From: Eledone cirrhosa | Lineage: Eukaryota | Direction of reading: 5' to 3' | NCBI GenBank assembly: GCA_964016885.1 | Contig: OZ024742.1 | Coordinates: 121,148,001 to 121,212,000, forward strand | Length of the DNA: 64,000 nt | Part shown: piece by piece, positions 12,716 to 26,369 of the stretch | How positions within the stretch are numbered: the stretch's first letter is position 1 | How the letters are laid out: every line of letters starts with the position of its first letter | Program-made: the position numbers and the translations under genes | The notes under the pieces: model-generated | Databases searched by the model: none | What the model saw: the letters and a program-made list of their open reading frames with translations, nothing else | What the model was told of the DNA's origin: nothing

Positions 12716-13708
12716 GACATATAGTACCTTTGCTTAAGAGTATGTCAGCATGAATGTAGAGTTGGGAGAAAACAAATGCTTGTCTCAAGTGAGCTTCAAT
12801 ATTTGCAGACAAAGTCATTACATATTCTATGATGGATGTCTACCAAAAAGAGTTAATTTTCAGTAATTTCAAATAAAATGATAATGTTTTGATATTCATG
12901 AGAGAGCAAAACCTAATAGGTGATACCTGTATATATATATTTCTGTGTTTGATGTCTTACAAGCACTAGACTGAATAGAACAAAGTGAAGCCCTGTTCTT
13001 CTAGTATGTTTAAACAGTCAACCATTTGATCAACAAAGAAATATAACCTTCCTTACGAAAATAGCAGTCAAGATATGACAGATTAAAATAAAAAGGGTGA
13101 ATCTAAATTATAGCTCTATTGTTTTCCTATTTCAAAAGAATTTTCACTTGCTTTATTTTAAAAAAAAGAATTTTTTTTTATTTACTAAGGTAACCTGAGA
13201 CATTTAAACTAAAAGTGACATTTTTGAGAACAGTTGATTATGTAATGGAGCATATTAACTATTAACCAACAGGTTATGAACCTAGAATAGTAATTGAAGT
13301 GCAGTAAGTTAGCTAAATGTTGCATACCTGTTTTCTTCATTATATCTATTTATATATAGCTTCATCTGAATGGAACTTGAGTATTGGGAAATACTACTTG
13401 TAGCTTCATAGCGATATAAAAAAATATTCATAAGGCTAGATGAAATTCCTCAGCAGTAAAGCTGTAAGTATGTAGACACATCTAAAATTTGAGACAAGTA
13501 CATGAGAAAATCATCTTTCATTACATGTTACAGTCAAATATGCATGCCAGATAGATTTGATACTCACAAGTAAACATGTTTGTTAATACTAATCCTCTCC
13601 CTGTTAAAGAATGTATCATTCAACATCAGAGAGAGAATGGGACAGAGTTGGAGTCACAAAAAAAATCAGAAGGAAGCTGAAATGTCCTTCAGCAAGATAA
13701 AGGTTTAA

Positions 13709-13913
13709 CCCTTTAGCATTTAAACCGGCCATTCCCGGCCAGAATTCTCTTAAATCTTTCTGTTCAAACTGGTTGTAACCAGCAACTCATATTGATGTTA
13801 AGGTATTGTTCTCAAAATAAATATCAAAATCTCATAGATTCAATATTATGTGAGTTAAAGCCTTTACCATGAAAATAAAATAATACATATAGAGTAATGT
13901 AAATGCTAAAGGG
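13709..13913. mobile_element. piggyBac-like MITE
   Basis: Perfect 14-bp TIR ccctttagcattta/taaatgctaaaggg with TTAA on both sides (13705-13708, 13914-13917). Confidence 0.85.
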
Positions 13914-14169
13914 TTAAAGAAGTACTAGGTGGCATATATGTTGAGAAGGGGATAGAAGCTAACTGAGAGTTTTTGTGAGACAATCTACTTTGAGCCACAG
14001 ACAAGCTCTGTGAATTGTGCAAGCTCCCAGCTAGACGGAAGATAGCATGGTGCAGGCATGGTACAATAGACCCATAGATACTTAGGGATGAGCCTGGAAA
14101 AGGTTGAGTAAGGAACAATGTCAGGTAGCTGGAAGAGAAAGGAGATATTTGGTGTATTTAGGATTAGGA

Positions 14170-14975
14170 AATGTGTTTGGATAAATCAGGCTAAATTGAA
14201 ACCATTTAATGTAGGAGTCAGACTCTGCCAAGTGTGTGTACTGTCACTTCTCCTGTTTGTTATTTTCATGAACAGGATTGACATGTGCAGCCAGGTTGGA
14301 AGTGGTATCATGACTGGGGGGTGTAAAATCATTCGGCTAGAATTTGCAGATGACATGGTGTTACTTAATTCGACAGAAAGTGATCTCCAACTTGCACTCG
14401 ATAGGTTTGATGCCGAGTGCTGCATGGCTGGAATGAAAACTGAGGCACTTGCTTTCTCAAGGAAGCCTGGACAATGCATTTTACATGTGAATGGAGTTCC
14501 ACTGATGCAGGTGAAGTTCAAGTATCTCAGGACCATGTTCTTGAGTGATGGAAGGCAGGAGGCTGCATTAAGTGCAAGATTTGCAGGAGCTGGTGCAGTA
14601 ATGCACCAGTTTCAGTATTTGGTAATCAGAAGAAGGTAGGTGTAAAAGCCAAATTCACTGTCTTCAATTCAGTATTCGTGCCAACCCTAACCTATGGTCA
14701 TGAATCTTGGGTAATGACCTAAAGAATACTATTGCAAATACAAGTGGTCAATATGGGGTTCCTCTGAAGGGTCTTTGGGGTAACATTACTCAATAGAGTA
14801 GAGTAGCTACTTCTCCAAATTGAGAGATCATAGCTCCAATAGTATGGGCATGTGGTTAGAATGTCCCAGGAAAGAATTGCTGGACAGATTTTATGGATAA
14901 AAACCAACTGGCAGGAGACCCAAGCAAGATGGTTGAATAACATAAATGAGCCTGGCTAGTCTCACTTGGAGATGG
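14170..14975 (+). mobile_element. Degenerate LINE RT/C-terminal fragment (second RTE-like family)
   Basis: PFNVGVRLCQVCVLSLLLF, LEFADDMVLL and FKYL motifs. The 3' part is homologous to 24655-25000. Confidence 0.75.
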
Positions 14976-15019
14976 TTGCTTGTAACAGGTCCTGCTGAGG
15001 ACCCCCACAACCCACACAG

Positions 15020-17030
15020 AAATAAGTGGGTGAAGAAGAAGGATTAGGAAATGTGGAAAGCAAGAAGTTAACCAATGTACCACAAGACAAGGATCAGAGA
15101 TGTGAGATGTTTTGGCTTGCAAAGCAATGTATCAGTATGAATCAAAAGATCATTGATGAAAAATATGTAAATAATGATAGCAGCACACTTACATTTACTG
15201 GTGACATGAAGAAAGAGGTATGAAAATGCTACTATGAGATATTGCTGAATGAGAAGAATGTATGGAAAAGAAAATAACTTTCTTCAACAGATGACCAACT
15301 ATTAAAATTGGCAGCTATATAGTTGAAAGGGTCAGTAAAGATGTGAAGGTGGAGAAAGCAGCCATGCAATCATAGACAGTTGTTGAGATGTTGAAAACAT
15401 CAAGCAAAATAGGATAGGCAGTAATCAGTCAGATAGTACAGGAAGAAGTCATTCCCAGTGATTAGTGAAGAAGTATCTTCAGCTGTTGCAAAGGTAAAGG
15501 TGATACTCTAGAACAGCATCAACTGGTGTTCCTTGGAACCTTAGAGTTCCATGAGAAACAGTGATAAATAATATATTGCATTTTTGAGTAATTTCTGTTT
15601 AATTTTATATTTGTAATTTTACTATATACATACAGCATATTGTTGGAAAATCCTTGGTTATTATAATAAAGGCTTCAGATATAACAATTTTTTTGTAGGG
15701 GTTCCCTGAGACATGAAAAATATTTCAAGGGGTCCACAAGGGTAAAAAGGTTGAGAAATGCTGCTCTAGAAAGTAGCAACCACTGAGGTTTCAAACTGAT
15801 GAACCAAGTTATAAAAGTAACAGAGTTAGCACTATTTAGGGAGGGAATTAACTTAGAAGAGATGTAGTTAGTGTTCGTGCTAAGATTGGGTGTCACTGAT
15901 ACCCTCTTAGTGAGATAACTGCAGAAGTTCTTAGCAAAGAGCTAACATTCATTGACCTGGAGAAGGCCTTTGACAGAGTGCCATGCCCTGTAGTCTTGTT
16001 GCCAGTAAGAAAACTATGTGTAGTTGAATAGCTTGTGAGAGCCATGCAATCATGTAGTGATGGTGTCTGGAAGATGAGAGTTAGCAATGAATTCAGCACG
16101 GAAGTTAGTGTACAAGTAGTTGTCCATCAGGGATCGGTTCTCAAACACCCCACCTCCTGCTTATTAAAGTTTTGTTGGTCATAACCGAAGAATTTAAGAC
16201 TGATTGTCTTTGTATTCCAATGATCTAATTCTTTTAACCAAATCTGTCAAAGAATTACAGAAGAAATGTCAAAGGTGGAAGCAAATCCTATAATCAAGAT
16301 GTCTTAAAAGGTAAACCTAGTGAATACAAAAGATTTAGCAGAAAAAATGATTTTACCATCATGTTTGATATGCAGAAAAGGAGTAGGTAGGAATGCCAAC
16401 AGTGTACCCAATGTAAACCATAGGTGCACAAGAGATGCAGGCTGGCAGAAAAAATTACTTAGATGCACAGTGTTTTCAAATGCTCAGAAGACTCCCTAGA
16501 AGTATTTGATAGCCTCTGTTACCTAGGTGACCTAAATAGCAATGGGGAGAGTGTTCTGAAAGCATAGAGTAAGGATGAGGTGGAAACAACAAAGTTTCAC
16601 TCTGGGTGAAGTGTAATGTATGGAAGTGAAACTTGGGCATTGAATGTAGAGGATGTGTGAAAGCTGGAAAGAAATTAGGCAAGCATTCATTCACTGCTGG
16701 ATGTGTAATGTTAATGTTTATGAAAAACGTTGCAGTAATGAGCTGAGAGAAAAATTGGGTTTAAAATGAATCAGATATAGTGTGGGATGGACATGTGATG
16801 CATATGGAAGATAACAGTTGGATAAAGACGTTCCAAATGTTCCAAATGGAAGAAACTTAATGTAGAGGAAAAACCAAGGAAGACAAGGGAATACGTGGTG
16901 AAAGCTGATATCAGGAAGCTGAATCTTACAAAGGAGATGACAAAGGACATCTACAGGTAGTGAGCTGCTGTGTTGGAGAAGATCCAAACAATCTATGCAA
17001 GCTCAGAAAAACAGACAAAATAACAATGGT
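15020..17030 (+). mobile_element. Degenerate RTE-clade LINE copy (family of 8612-11085), interrupted by a hAT MITE
   Basis: DQRCEMFWLAKQC, KGKGDTLE, DLEKAFDRVP, VHQGSVL, a PHD remnant at about 16360-16445 and a 3' tail remnant near 16995-17030. Confidence 0.8.
15514..15763. mobile_element. hAT (Charlie-type) MITE nested in an RTE
   Basis: 8-bp TSD CTCTAGAA (15506-15513 and 15764-15771) with CAGC...GCTG ends. Removing it restores the RTE sequence KGKGDTLES. Confidence 0.85.
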
Positions 17031-17496
17031 GGTATACTACCTCACCTAAAATCAAGCAATAACATGGCATAACAATTCTAGTATTATAAACAGGACATAA
17101 TGCAGGATCTTGGATGGATTTGCAACTATTAAAAACAAATGACTTTTCTGGAAGTTGAACAGCCTAACCATTTCTTTCAATTGAGTGAATAGTTATGAAT
17201 GAAAAGGCAGAAATGTTTGCTGTCTAAATTTCTGAGAAGTTTACTTTGAAATGAAATAATTTTATTTATCCTTGAACCACAATGGACCATCATGTTCAAC
17301 TTTTTTTTCTTTTGTATAATGTTAAGTGAACAAGAGATATGCCCTACTGGATAGGATGTTAGTCCATCACGGGTAAGTTTCAGCTATCTGAATTGAGATG
17401 TCCAGAAATACTGTGTTACACCTGCTATGGTGTATGAGTGGGTTTCAGATGTCAAACCAATACTTTATCTAATCTGACTGTTTTACCTTAATAATA

Positions 17497-17673
17497 CAGA
17501 CCTGCCAATCTTGAAAAACCCAAATGGGGAGTACCATGGAAAAAAAAATGCCCCAAAATGGGGAGATTTTACACAATGAAAGCTATTCCCATTTTCACAA
17601 GAGAAGACATATCTCACCCACCCCAAAGTGGGTGGGAGATCTCCCAGTCAGATGGGGAGAGATAACAGGTCTG
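17497..17673. mobile_element. MITE with CAGACCTG termini and a 6-bp TSD
   Basis: cagacctgccaa...acaggtctg flanked by ATAATA on both sides. A second copy is at 63639-63833. Confidence 0.8.
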
Positions 17674-17694
17674 ATAATAGGAAAACTTCTTTTA

Positions 17695-17935
17695 ATATAC
17701 CTTATGGTTCTTGAAGCCAATAAGGGAACCACTATGTGGTCACTAGATATGCTAGAAATAGCAGCCAAATTGATCAAATTACACCCTCTCATCTTAAAAG
17801 AAATACATTGGATAATGTTGGTTGGGGTACATTATGCTGGAAGGAAAAAAAAAAAAAAAAGACAGTATAGTCATAGTTCGAATGGCCTCAAACATAGCGC
17901 TGCTTGATTCAGGCTAATCTGAGGTTAAAGAACAA
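17695..17935 (+). repeat. Dispersed ~200-bp repeat (SINE/LINE-tail-like); related copies at about 18270-18445, 20895-21060 and 11580-11660
   Basis: Shared blocks such as gctagaaatagcagccaaat, ctcaaatcacac, atcttaaaagaa and ggttaaa. Confidence 0.5.
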
Positions 17936-18702
17936 TAAAGTGTATTTTTTTTAGATCATTTACAATTATTTTTCTGTTGGTGTAGTTTCTCAAGTTATAA
18001 TTAATATCCTGAGACATTCTGTCCAGCCAAGAGTTTTACCCTTCTCATCCCAACCCTATGTTAATTTTTCTGTCTTCTTGTCACTTTTATAAATTGTAAT
18101 CTGTTCAAATGAATATATATTAATCTAACCCAAGTTATATTATTAATCTAACCCTAGTTATATTATTGTAAAGCTTGTAGTTATTAAAATAAGTTCTAAA
18201 ATGTTGTTATTAAATAGTGGAGAGATTGACTGCTTCAAGCACCACTAACTTCAGAAACAGGGTTAGCATGAACTAACAAGGGGACTTATGTGTGGTTGCT
18301 TGACCTAATAGAAATATCCAAATCTCCCTCAAATCACATGCTAGTGTTTTAAAAATGGAAGGACACATGCCTAGAGAGGATTAGGGTGCAAACTAGGCTG
18401 TCATAAATCTGTTAAGTCAAGCCTGAACTAAGGTTAAACACCAGGGTTAGTACATAGTAAAGATAGTGAATTTAATTTGAAAGCCATAATTGCAAGAAAA
18501 GGAGTCTCACTTAGAACAAGAAATATGTCCCCTTCATGTTTTGTTTCTTCACTGCAATAGGAAATATCTGTACTAAACAACAACAATAACTAAAAGCATA
18601 TTCTCAGCAGACTGCTTAACTCTGTACAAAATTAAGTTGCAATAAAAATTGAAAATGCTATTGCTGTATATTGAGCTGAATTACAATGGACCCTTAACTT
18701 CT

Positions 18703-18985
18703 GATGGAGTTGTAGCGGTGTTGTAGGAATTTACTGTATGACTGGAGCAGTTGATGGAGTTGTAGGGGTGTTGTAGGGATTTACTGTATGACTGGAGCAG
18801 TTGATGGAGTTGTAGGGGTGTTGTAGGGATTTACTGTATGACTGGAGCAGTTGATGGAGTTGTAGGGGTGTCATAGGGGTTTGCTGCATGTCTGGAGTTG
18901 TTGGGGTGTCATAGGGATTTACTGTATGACTGGAGCAGTTGATGGAGTTGTTGGGGTGTCATAGTGATTTACTGTATGTCTGGTA
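18703..18985. repeat. 50-bp minisatellite, about 5.5 units
   Basis: Unit gatggagttgtaggggtgttgtagggatttactgtatgactggagcagtt. Confidence 0.9.
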
Positions 18986-19064
18986 TAGTTAAACCTAGTA
19001 GAGGTCATCCTTCTCTAGCTTTGAACACAGCCAATTTCTTCCAGAGAAAGAGCTATAGAGGTAG

Positions 19065-19205
19065 GATCAACCTCAGTACTGGATTGGTACTTTTTTTTTA
19101 ATCAACTTCAAAAAGATGAAAAACAAAGTTGATTTCAGCGAGATTTGAACTCAGAGAGTCAGAAAAACATTCTATTCAAAGTTCTAATGACTCTGCCAAT
19201 TTACC
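19065..19205 (-). mobile_element. Degenerate tRNA-derived SINE
   Basis: Contains gatttgaactcag and gatgaaa...caaagttga...ctgccaat, matching the reverse complement of the SINE consensus. Confidence 0.55.
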
Positions 19206-19734
19206 TCCTTGCTGAATTAAATCATATTCTCTGAAATTACACAGAAAACAAAGTATTTATTTGTCTGCAAGTTATTAAATATTTTTATATAACTGCCTAG
19301 ATGGTCATATAATTTTCAATACTATTACTATTATGTCTATTTTAGTGTTTAATTATCTCCCTGAGATAAAGATTTGTTATGAAAGACGCTATCATATTTT
19401 TCTACTTCAATTGTAATTAGGTTTTGTATTTCTAAAAGCATTGTTATTGTTGACGATAGGAATAAATAAAAGAAATGTTCACTCTAGGACAAACAGCTTT
19501 ATCTTTAATATCCTCTTGTCTCTGGTAATTTTAAATCTTTTCCAATGACTACATTCACAAAGTTGGCTAATTAATTTTCAATATTTTTTTATTTTTGTTT
19601 TTATTTTGTTGTTATATTTGTTGGCTCACACACTTGCATAAAAAGTAGGCATGTAAAGACAAGACAGTGATGTACACACACACACACACATTGATCTGAT
19701 TTCTGATCTGGTAATTCTTAATGAAATCATAGAG

Positions 19735-20240
19735 GCACTGTCATAACATTGTAATAGCACTGTATAACACTGTATAACACTGTCATAACTCTGTCATAAC
19801 TCTGTATAACACTCATAACACTATCATAACATTATCATAGCACTGTATAGCACTCATAACACTGTCATAACATTGTCATAGCATTGTATAACACTGTATA
19901 GCACTCATAACATTGTCATAGCACTGTATAACACTGTATAGCACTCATAACACTGTCATAGCACTGTATAACACTGTATAACACTCATAACATTGTCATA
20001 GCACTGTATAACACTTTCATAGCACTGTTTAACACTGATAACACTGTGATAACACTGTATAACACTCATAACATTGTCATAGCGCTGTCATAACAGTCAT
20101 AACAATGATAACACTGTATAACACGCATAACACTGTCATAACATTGTCATAGCACTGTATAACACTGTATAACACTTACAACACTATATAACACTGTATA
20201 ATATTGTCATAACACTGCCATAACACTTTCATAACATATA
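19735..20240. repeat. Degenerate 8-11-bp tandem repeat (ataacactgt/cataacactgt)
   Basis: Directly visible. Confidence 0.9.
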
Positions 20241-23200
20241 ATGTGTCATGTCATGGACATTTTAGACATGGTGATGCTCATCCCTCTCCAGCTTTGACCA
20301 CTGCTGATTTCTTCTAGAGAGAGGGGGAGGGAGGGGACAAAGAAAAGCTGCTAATTAAAAAAAAACTGTAGTTATCATCATCATCATCCCTGTTTAACGT
20401 CTATTTTCCACATTAGCATGGGTTAGATGAGTTGTCTAATATATACTGTGTTCTGCATAAATATTTCTTCCTTAATTAATTACATTTCCAAATAAATGGA
20501 CATCATGCAAATTAGACTAAGTATTTCAGTTATGTTCTACATTCTGCTTGACATAAATAGCAACCATTATAAAGATCCCTCTGTAGGCAGAATCATATGG
20601 GTAGTTTTTTCTGATGAGACAATAATCTTTGAAATGCATAATGATAAAAATGCCTTTGTTTTTCTGTATACAGAAGAAATAGTAGAATGCGTTTTTACAT
20701 TTCAATCTTTTCACAGCAAGGCTTCTAATTACAAAAATTGTAATTATCATCGTTATCATTATTTTTATGTCCATATTCTATGTTAGCATGGCTGGGACAG
20801 GTCATCATGGTCATAGATAAGATAAACCAGAGAATTACATCTTACACATACATTTTATTTCTGGCATATACTACCTTATCTATAAAGTTAAGTTTTCATG
20901 AGCTAACAAGAAATCATTTCACTGGCTAGAAATAGCAGCAAAATCTCCTTCATTTGACACTCTAACATCTTATAAAAGAAGGAAAGTCATGTTGATTTAT
21001 ATATTACAGTAAAAAAAGATCAGATGTTCATGGCTGGATTACCTATGAATTAAAAACTATAGACTTATCTCAATTTTATCATTAAGTTAAGGTTGTCCAA
21101 ATCAAACCTCTCTGTACACTATGTGAAAGTAGCTATTATAAAGAAAGGAATATAATTTTGTTTTGGTTTATATCCTATCTAATATCTTCATTTATATTTT
21201 TTCAATAGTGATACACTGAATAGAGACATCAACACTGGCTTATTGGTCACATTTACAAACAACACATTCATTAAAGAAAATATAAAAATTCAGGGGTAAG
21301 CCAATATGATAATTGATATCCTGATAATTAATACCTCAATGAGACTCAAGTGATGAACAAGGCAGAAACAATGAACAATTTATAAAGTTTTGTTCTGTGG
21401 ATGAAACGAGGCTAAGTGAGCTTTATGATGTTCATTTGTTGATTGATGTTGACAAGAAGTAGTAGAGTAACGAATTTGGTGGTTTTTAACACAAAATAAT
21501 ATACAATGATAAAGGAAATAAGCACAAGTGTGGAAAGAAAAATTCACACCAATAAATCACAGTATTTCAGTAGTTTATTGCTTTTGGCTATATATATACA
21601 GTGACCCCTCACCACACACCTCCACTACATCATCTAGAATGTGAAGATTAAAAGAGTCTCTAACAGTAACATTACATATGAGGTATCTGGCTCTAGCTCC
21701 AAACTGAGGGAATATTAACTCTGATTAGGGCCTGTTTCATGATCAGGTTTAACTTGGTGCAGTGAGTGAACAATTTGCATTTAGTAGGCATGATAACCCT
21801 TGAAGGCACCCCAAAATCAAGGGGTTTGTCACATTGACATTGACTTCCATAAACCTCAACTTCGATCTTAAGTTTGATAAAGATGTATAAAACACCCATG
21901 TTTTCCACAGACAAAGCATCAACCCAAACCCCATAAAATGTGTTACTTGCAAAAAGTAGACAACACCTTGAACATTGATTGGGTTTATTTCAATTGTAGA
22001 TTGTCCTAAACTCTCCGAGCCAGTCTATACTGCTCTGGTGCTGACAAAACCAGCAACCTTCACTGTTTCATCTAGCGCCCTGTTGGAGCTAGTCCATGTT
22101 TGAAAGGAGAGGATGTTACTCACTAAAGTGGAGCAAGCATGAACAAAAGAAAGGAAATAGGTGGAGATAGAGATGAGCCCTTATGTAGGCCTAGAATGCT
22201 GAACCGTTTGGGCAAAGAAGCCTTGTCATGGGACTCTAGAATATGTCTGATGTTAATCAGACTTTCAAATTTCTTGAAGATAAGATTTTTGCAGAGACAA
22301 TGAAAATTTTAATGAGAGTCTAGCTCTTGAGGATGGGGGATGACTGGCCGGTAATTCTTAAGTATAAAAAAGTACCTTGATAGTGTTCAATTATGTTAAT
22401 GTTTTTGAATAATTGAGGTTTGACAGCTTAGAAAAACGGTGGACTTGAAAGTTAGATAAAAAAAAACTGGGGCTCCATGCCGACGGGGAAAGGTACCATG
22501 ATGGAGAAAGGAAGTCAACATTTCCCTTGTTTTTATAATTTAGTTTGTTTCCTAAAATCTTCCCCCATCTTATATGTTAGTAATAACATTAATAGTACTT
22601 TAAAATTAAAACCAATTATACATTTTACTATAAATTGTAAATAATTTTTGAGAGTCGCTTAATGATCTATATAACTGACAACATATTTGATCAATCTTTT
22701 AAAACTACTGTTACAAGTATATTCTTTATATTACAACTTTATACTGCTTTTAGTCGATTAACATTGTTTATTTCAGCGTTATCTACAATACACCAGACGG
22801 CAAGGCGCAATTTGAAAAGAACGAATAATAAAAATATTGACTAAACAAATTCTATTAAAGGGAAATAATCTACGCATGTCAATTTAAGAATAAACTCCCT
22901 TGAAAATAGTCGCGGTTTCGCTTACTTCTTGTTCATTAATTTTTCAACCACACTCCACTTATTAAATTTTGCTTGTCTATCTCCGGCGAAATTTTATTGT
23001 AAATGATTCATATTGATACAGCAGCTGGAGAATCTAGTAATAATGTTATTTTACATTAAAAGATGTATATGACAAAAAAAGAACATTAGAAGAAATCCAA
23101 TATTTACGAACGTACACTATACAATTCCTGACCCCCCCCATTATTTGAGACCTGAGAGTAATTGAGATTATTTTAGCATTGGAGGAACATAAAAGTATTT

Positions 23201-23424
23201 ATATTCAAAACAAAGAGAATAAGCACCTTTGACCTTCAATTTGTTGTTGCTGTTGTTGTTTAACCCTATGCGAACCTTGATTGATCACATAGAAAATAGT
23301 CAGTTGAGTGAGATTGAATTAATGAGGAGACTACGTTAGAGTTTTCCAAACTTTTTCAGACGACCTCCTTCATTTAGAGGATTTATTTCATCAGTGTCGC
23401 CCCACAGTAAAATCGGTAAAAAAT

Positions 23425-23607
23425 AATTGTTTCTACTTTTTGGCACAAGGCCAGCAATTACCCAGTGCATTACTGGTACTTTATTTTATTGACCTCGTAA
23501 GGATGAAAGGTAAAGTTAACCTCGGCAGGATTTGAACTCAGATCAATACGGGATGTACCTCTATGCTTTAAAGCATGGCGTCCGACCCCCTACCAATACT
23601 GCCAAAT
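23425..23607 (-). mobile_element. tRNA-derived SINE
   Basis: Reverse complement of the 8150-8350 consensus, including tail and B box. Confidence 0.8.
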
Positions 23608-23865
23608 AATATCCGGTTAACTTAAGTGATATTGTGGAAATTTGAAATTTGTAATGTGATCGTCATAACTAGACCACCCGTGAACCTGGTCACATTCACT
23701 TAAAAATATTTTTAAAAAGTCATGTTGACTTAAAATAATTTTTAAATAGTTAAAATATACACAGACATGTATATAATGTAAAATGAAATTGGAAAGCCCA
23801 TATATATATGTGTGTGTGTGCGCGCATATATATATATGTGGGTGTCTGGGACCTATATACACTGG

Positions 23866-23980
<115 letters not shown>

Positions 23981-24654
23981 ACAACAACACCATCAGCTCT
24001 CTCTCTCCCTCTCTCTATCTCTTTCAATCTAATCTCTCACAACCACTATCTCTTTCTTTCTATCTTTCCCTCTCTCTATTTTTGAAGGTACCCGGAAAAC
24101 CCCCGTATCTCGGGAACCTGTGCTCCGATTTACGCGAAACTTGTTTTATTCCATTTGTATTCCCATTTCAGGGGCAACTACCTTTCAAAGTATTTTCACA
24201 TTATGCGCCGTTTTGGTTGTAAAAATTACAGACAAGCACACAATCACAGAGTTTTAGTAGTATATAGATAGTTGAGAAAATTGGGTAAAGTATCCCTGGG
24301 GACGGAGAGAAGTAAACAGAGGCGCCCTTATTCACGTTTCTTCCCGTCTCCCGGAGTACTTTACCGCGACTATTTTTTATAGTTTTTATTAACAATTATT
24401 TATAATGATCGACTATTATTATAGTCATTTATGTTGGAACGACTAGATGTACAAAATTCTCTAAACATTAATTGATTTAATTATGTAAATAATGGCCACG
24501 GCGTGATGCGACAGATTGTCCCACACCTGGTTCAATATTAATAATCAATATCTTTAAATTGACTATTTGCAGTCTGTTTAATTAATTAATTAATTTTTTT
24601 TTTGCCAAAGGTTCCACAAATATGACGATGGAAACGTTGCTACGGAATTTTTCT

Positions 24655-25000
24655 TAGTGGCCCATGAATCTTGGGTAATGACCAAAAGAATACGATCACG
24701 AATACAAGAGACCGAAATTGGGTTCTTCCGAGTAACGTTACTCGATAGAGTGCATATCATGGAGATCAGAGTGTCGTTCCAGGGAGTGTTGCAGCTTCCC
24801 CGAATTGAAAGATCACAACTCCTTTATTACAGATATGGTTTGAATGTCTAAGGAAAGATTCACTGGACAGATTTTATGGGCATAACCAACCGACAGGAGA
24901 TCCAGAGGTAGACCCCGAGCAAGATGGTTGGATAACATCCATGAGCTCGGCTGGTCACACTTGGAGATCCAGCTGGATCAATTGGAGACGGTTGTTTCTG
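24655..25000 (+). mobile_element. LINE 3' fragment homologous to 14690-14975
   Basis: Shared catgaatcttgggtaatgacc, ggacagattttatgg and caagatggttg. Confidence 0.7.
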
Positions 25001-25872
25001 ACGCCTGTTTGTACCACAAATGCAAGAGAGAAAATGTATTTCCAAGCCTACCTTTGAAAGACTCCTTTGTTCTGATGGCATCTTTAACCTTATGACTAAA
25101 TCAGGGTGTTCTCTATAATCTTCATAGCAAGAATACCTAAATATAGTTCGGAGCAGATCTTAAGAAAAGTTTTCGGACAACGGCATCATTATGTTTTTTT
25201 GTATTTTCCTTGAGTACAGAAACACGCAGGAACCAGTAAAATGTTGGAAGTTGTTAGAACAGAATATAGTTGAAATACATGCATATATAACGTCCTCTGT
25301 TTTAATCATGTTCAGTTCATTTTCTTACAGTAGCAAATTAATTTAATGAAACTTAAAACATAAATTTAACATAAGCTATGTCACTTTTATACATCTTTGA
25401 CTATCTGGCAGGTTGGGCGGCTGGCTGGTTGACTGGGTGGTTGGTAGGTGACTAGCTGGCAGGCTGGGCTGCTGGTGTAATGGCAGCTGGCTACTGGGCG
25501 GTTGGTGAAATAGGTGTAAAGGGGAAGTAACTCGATCAAATATTTTTTAATAAGTCACTCCCGAAAATAAGTGTAAAATTACACTCACATCCGGTTATTA
25601 AACTAACCGACAGGGAGTTTATAATAAATTGAAGTGAAAACCATCAAGTGCGTGTGTTTTTATCGGCATATATGTTTTTATCGGCATATATATATATAAA
25701 AGAGATTATTAGTTAGGTTCTAAGGGGAAATCCGCGAATTATGGATGCTGCAATAATGCGCGGATACACTGTATTTATATATATATATATATACACACAA
25801 CAATTGTTATTTTCTAAGGGAAAATCCTCGAATAATGGAGGTCGCGAATATCCGGGGTTATGCTGTATATAT

Positions 25873-26192
25873 ATGGCGTAGGACAGAACAAAGGAGAGGC
25901 ACAAAAACAAAGAAAAGAATCCCCAGTCACTGAAGAGGTCACAGAATGTGTGACGAAAGAACTTTGACAATATATAAACAACCATCTGGCTGTGGAACCA
26001 ACCAACCAACCGGAAATTTATAAATTCCAAAATTTATAAATTTGTTATAATAAATTGAAGTGAAAGCAACTGGTGCGTGTGTTTCTTATTGGCAACATGA
26101 CCCTCCCAAAGTATAACAATATCCGTTTCAACACACGTTTTCAGATAAAGAATCTTGCTAAACAAATTCAGAAACGAAATATATATATATAT

Positions 26193-26286
<94 letters not shown>

Positions 26287-26288
26287 GA

Positions 26289-26300
<12 letters not shown>
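25873..26300 (+). repeat. Direct copy of the Penelope 3' region plus flank (matches 29458-29890)
   Basis: Near-identical from atggcgtaggacagaac through cagaaacgaaat(TA)n attagagagt. Confidence 0.9.
25926..25968 (+). ncRNA. Minimal type I hammerhead ribozyme-like motif
   Basis: gtca CTGAAGA G gtcaca gaatg tgtgac GAAA gaac TT tgac: stem I gtca/tgac, 6-bp stem II, one extra G after the CUGANGA box and a minimal stem III. Confidence 0.6.
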
Positions 26301-26329
<29 letters not shown>

Positions 26330-26369
26330 ACAGTTTATTAGTTAGGATCTAAGGAAAAATCTGCGAATA

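Noticed and set aside
18703-20240. Tandem repeats as a possible CRISPR array or coding repeat
   Set aside because: Eukaryotic context, no unique spacers and no cas genes. They are ordinary mini/microsatellites.
21690-22560. Higher-complexity stretch, possibly an old LINE or pseudo-exon
   Set aside because: No diagnostic motif could be read in any frame.
22780-22990. CpG-containing patch with ggcgcaatttgaa resembling a promoter
   Set aside because: No associated gene is visible, and the motifs are too short to support a call.
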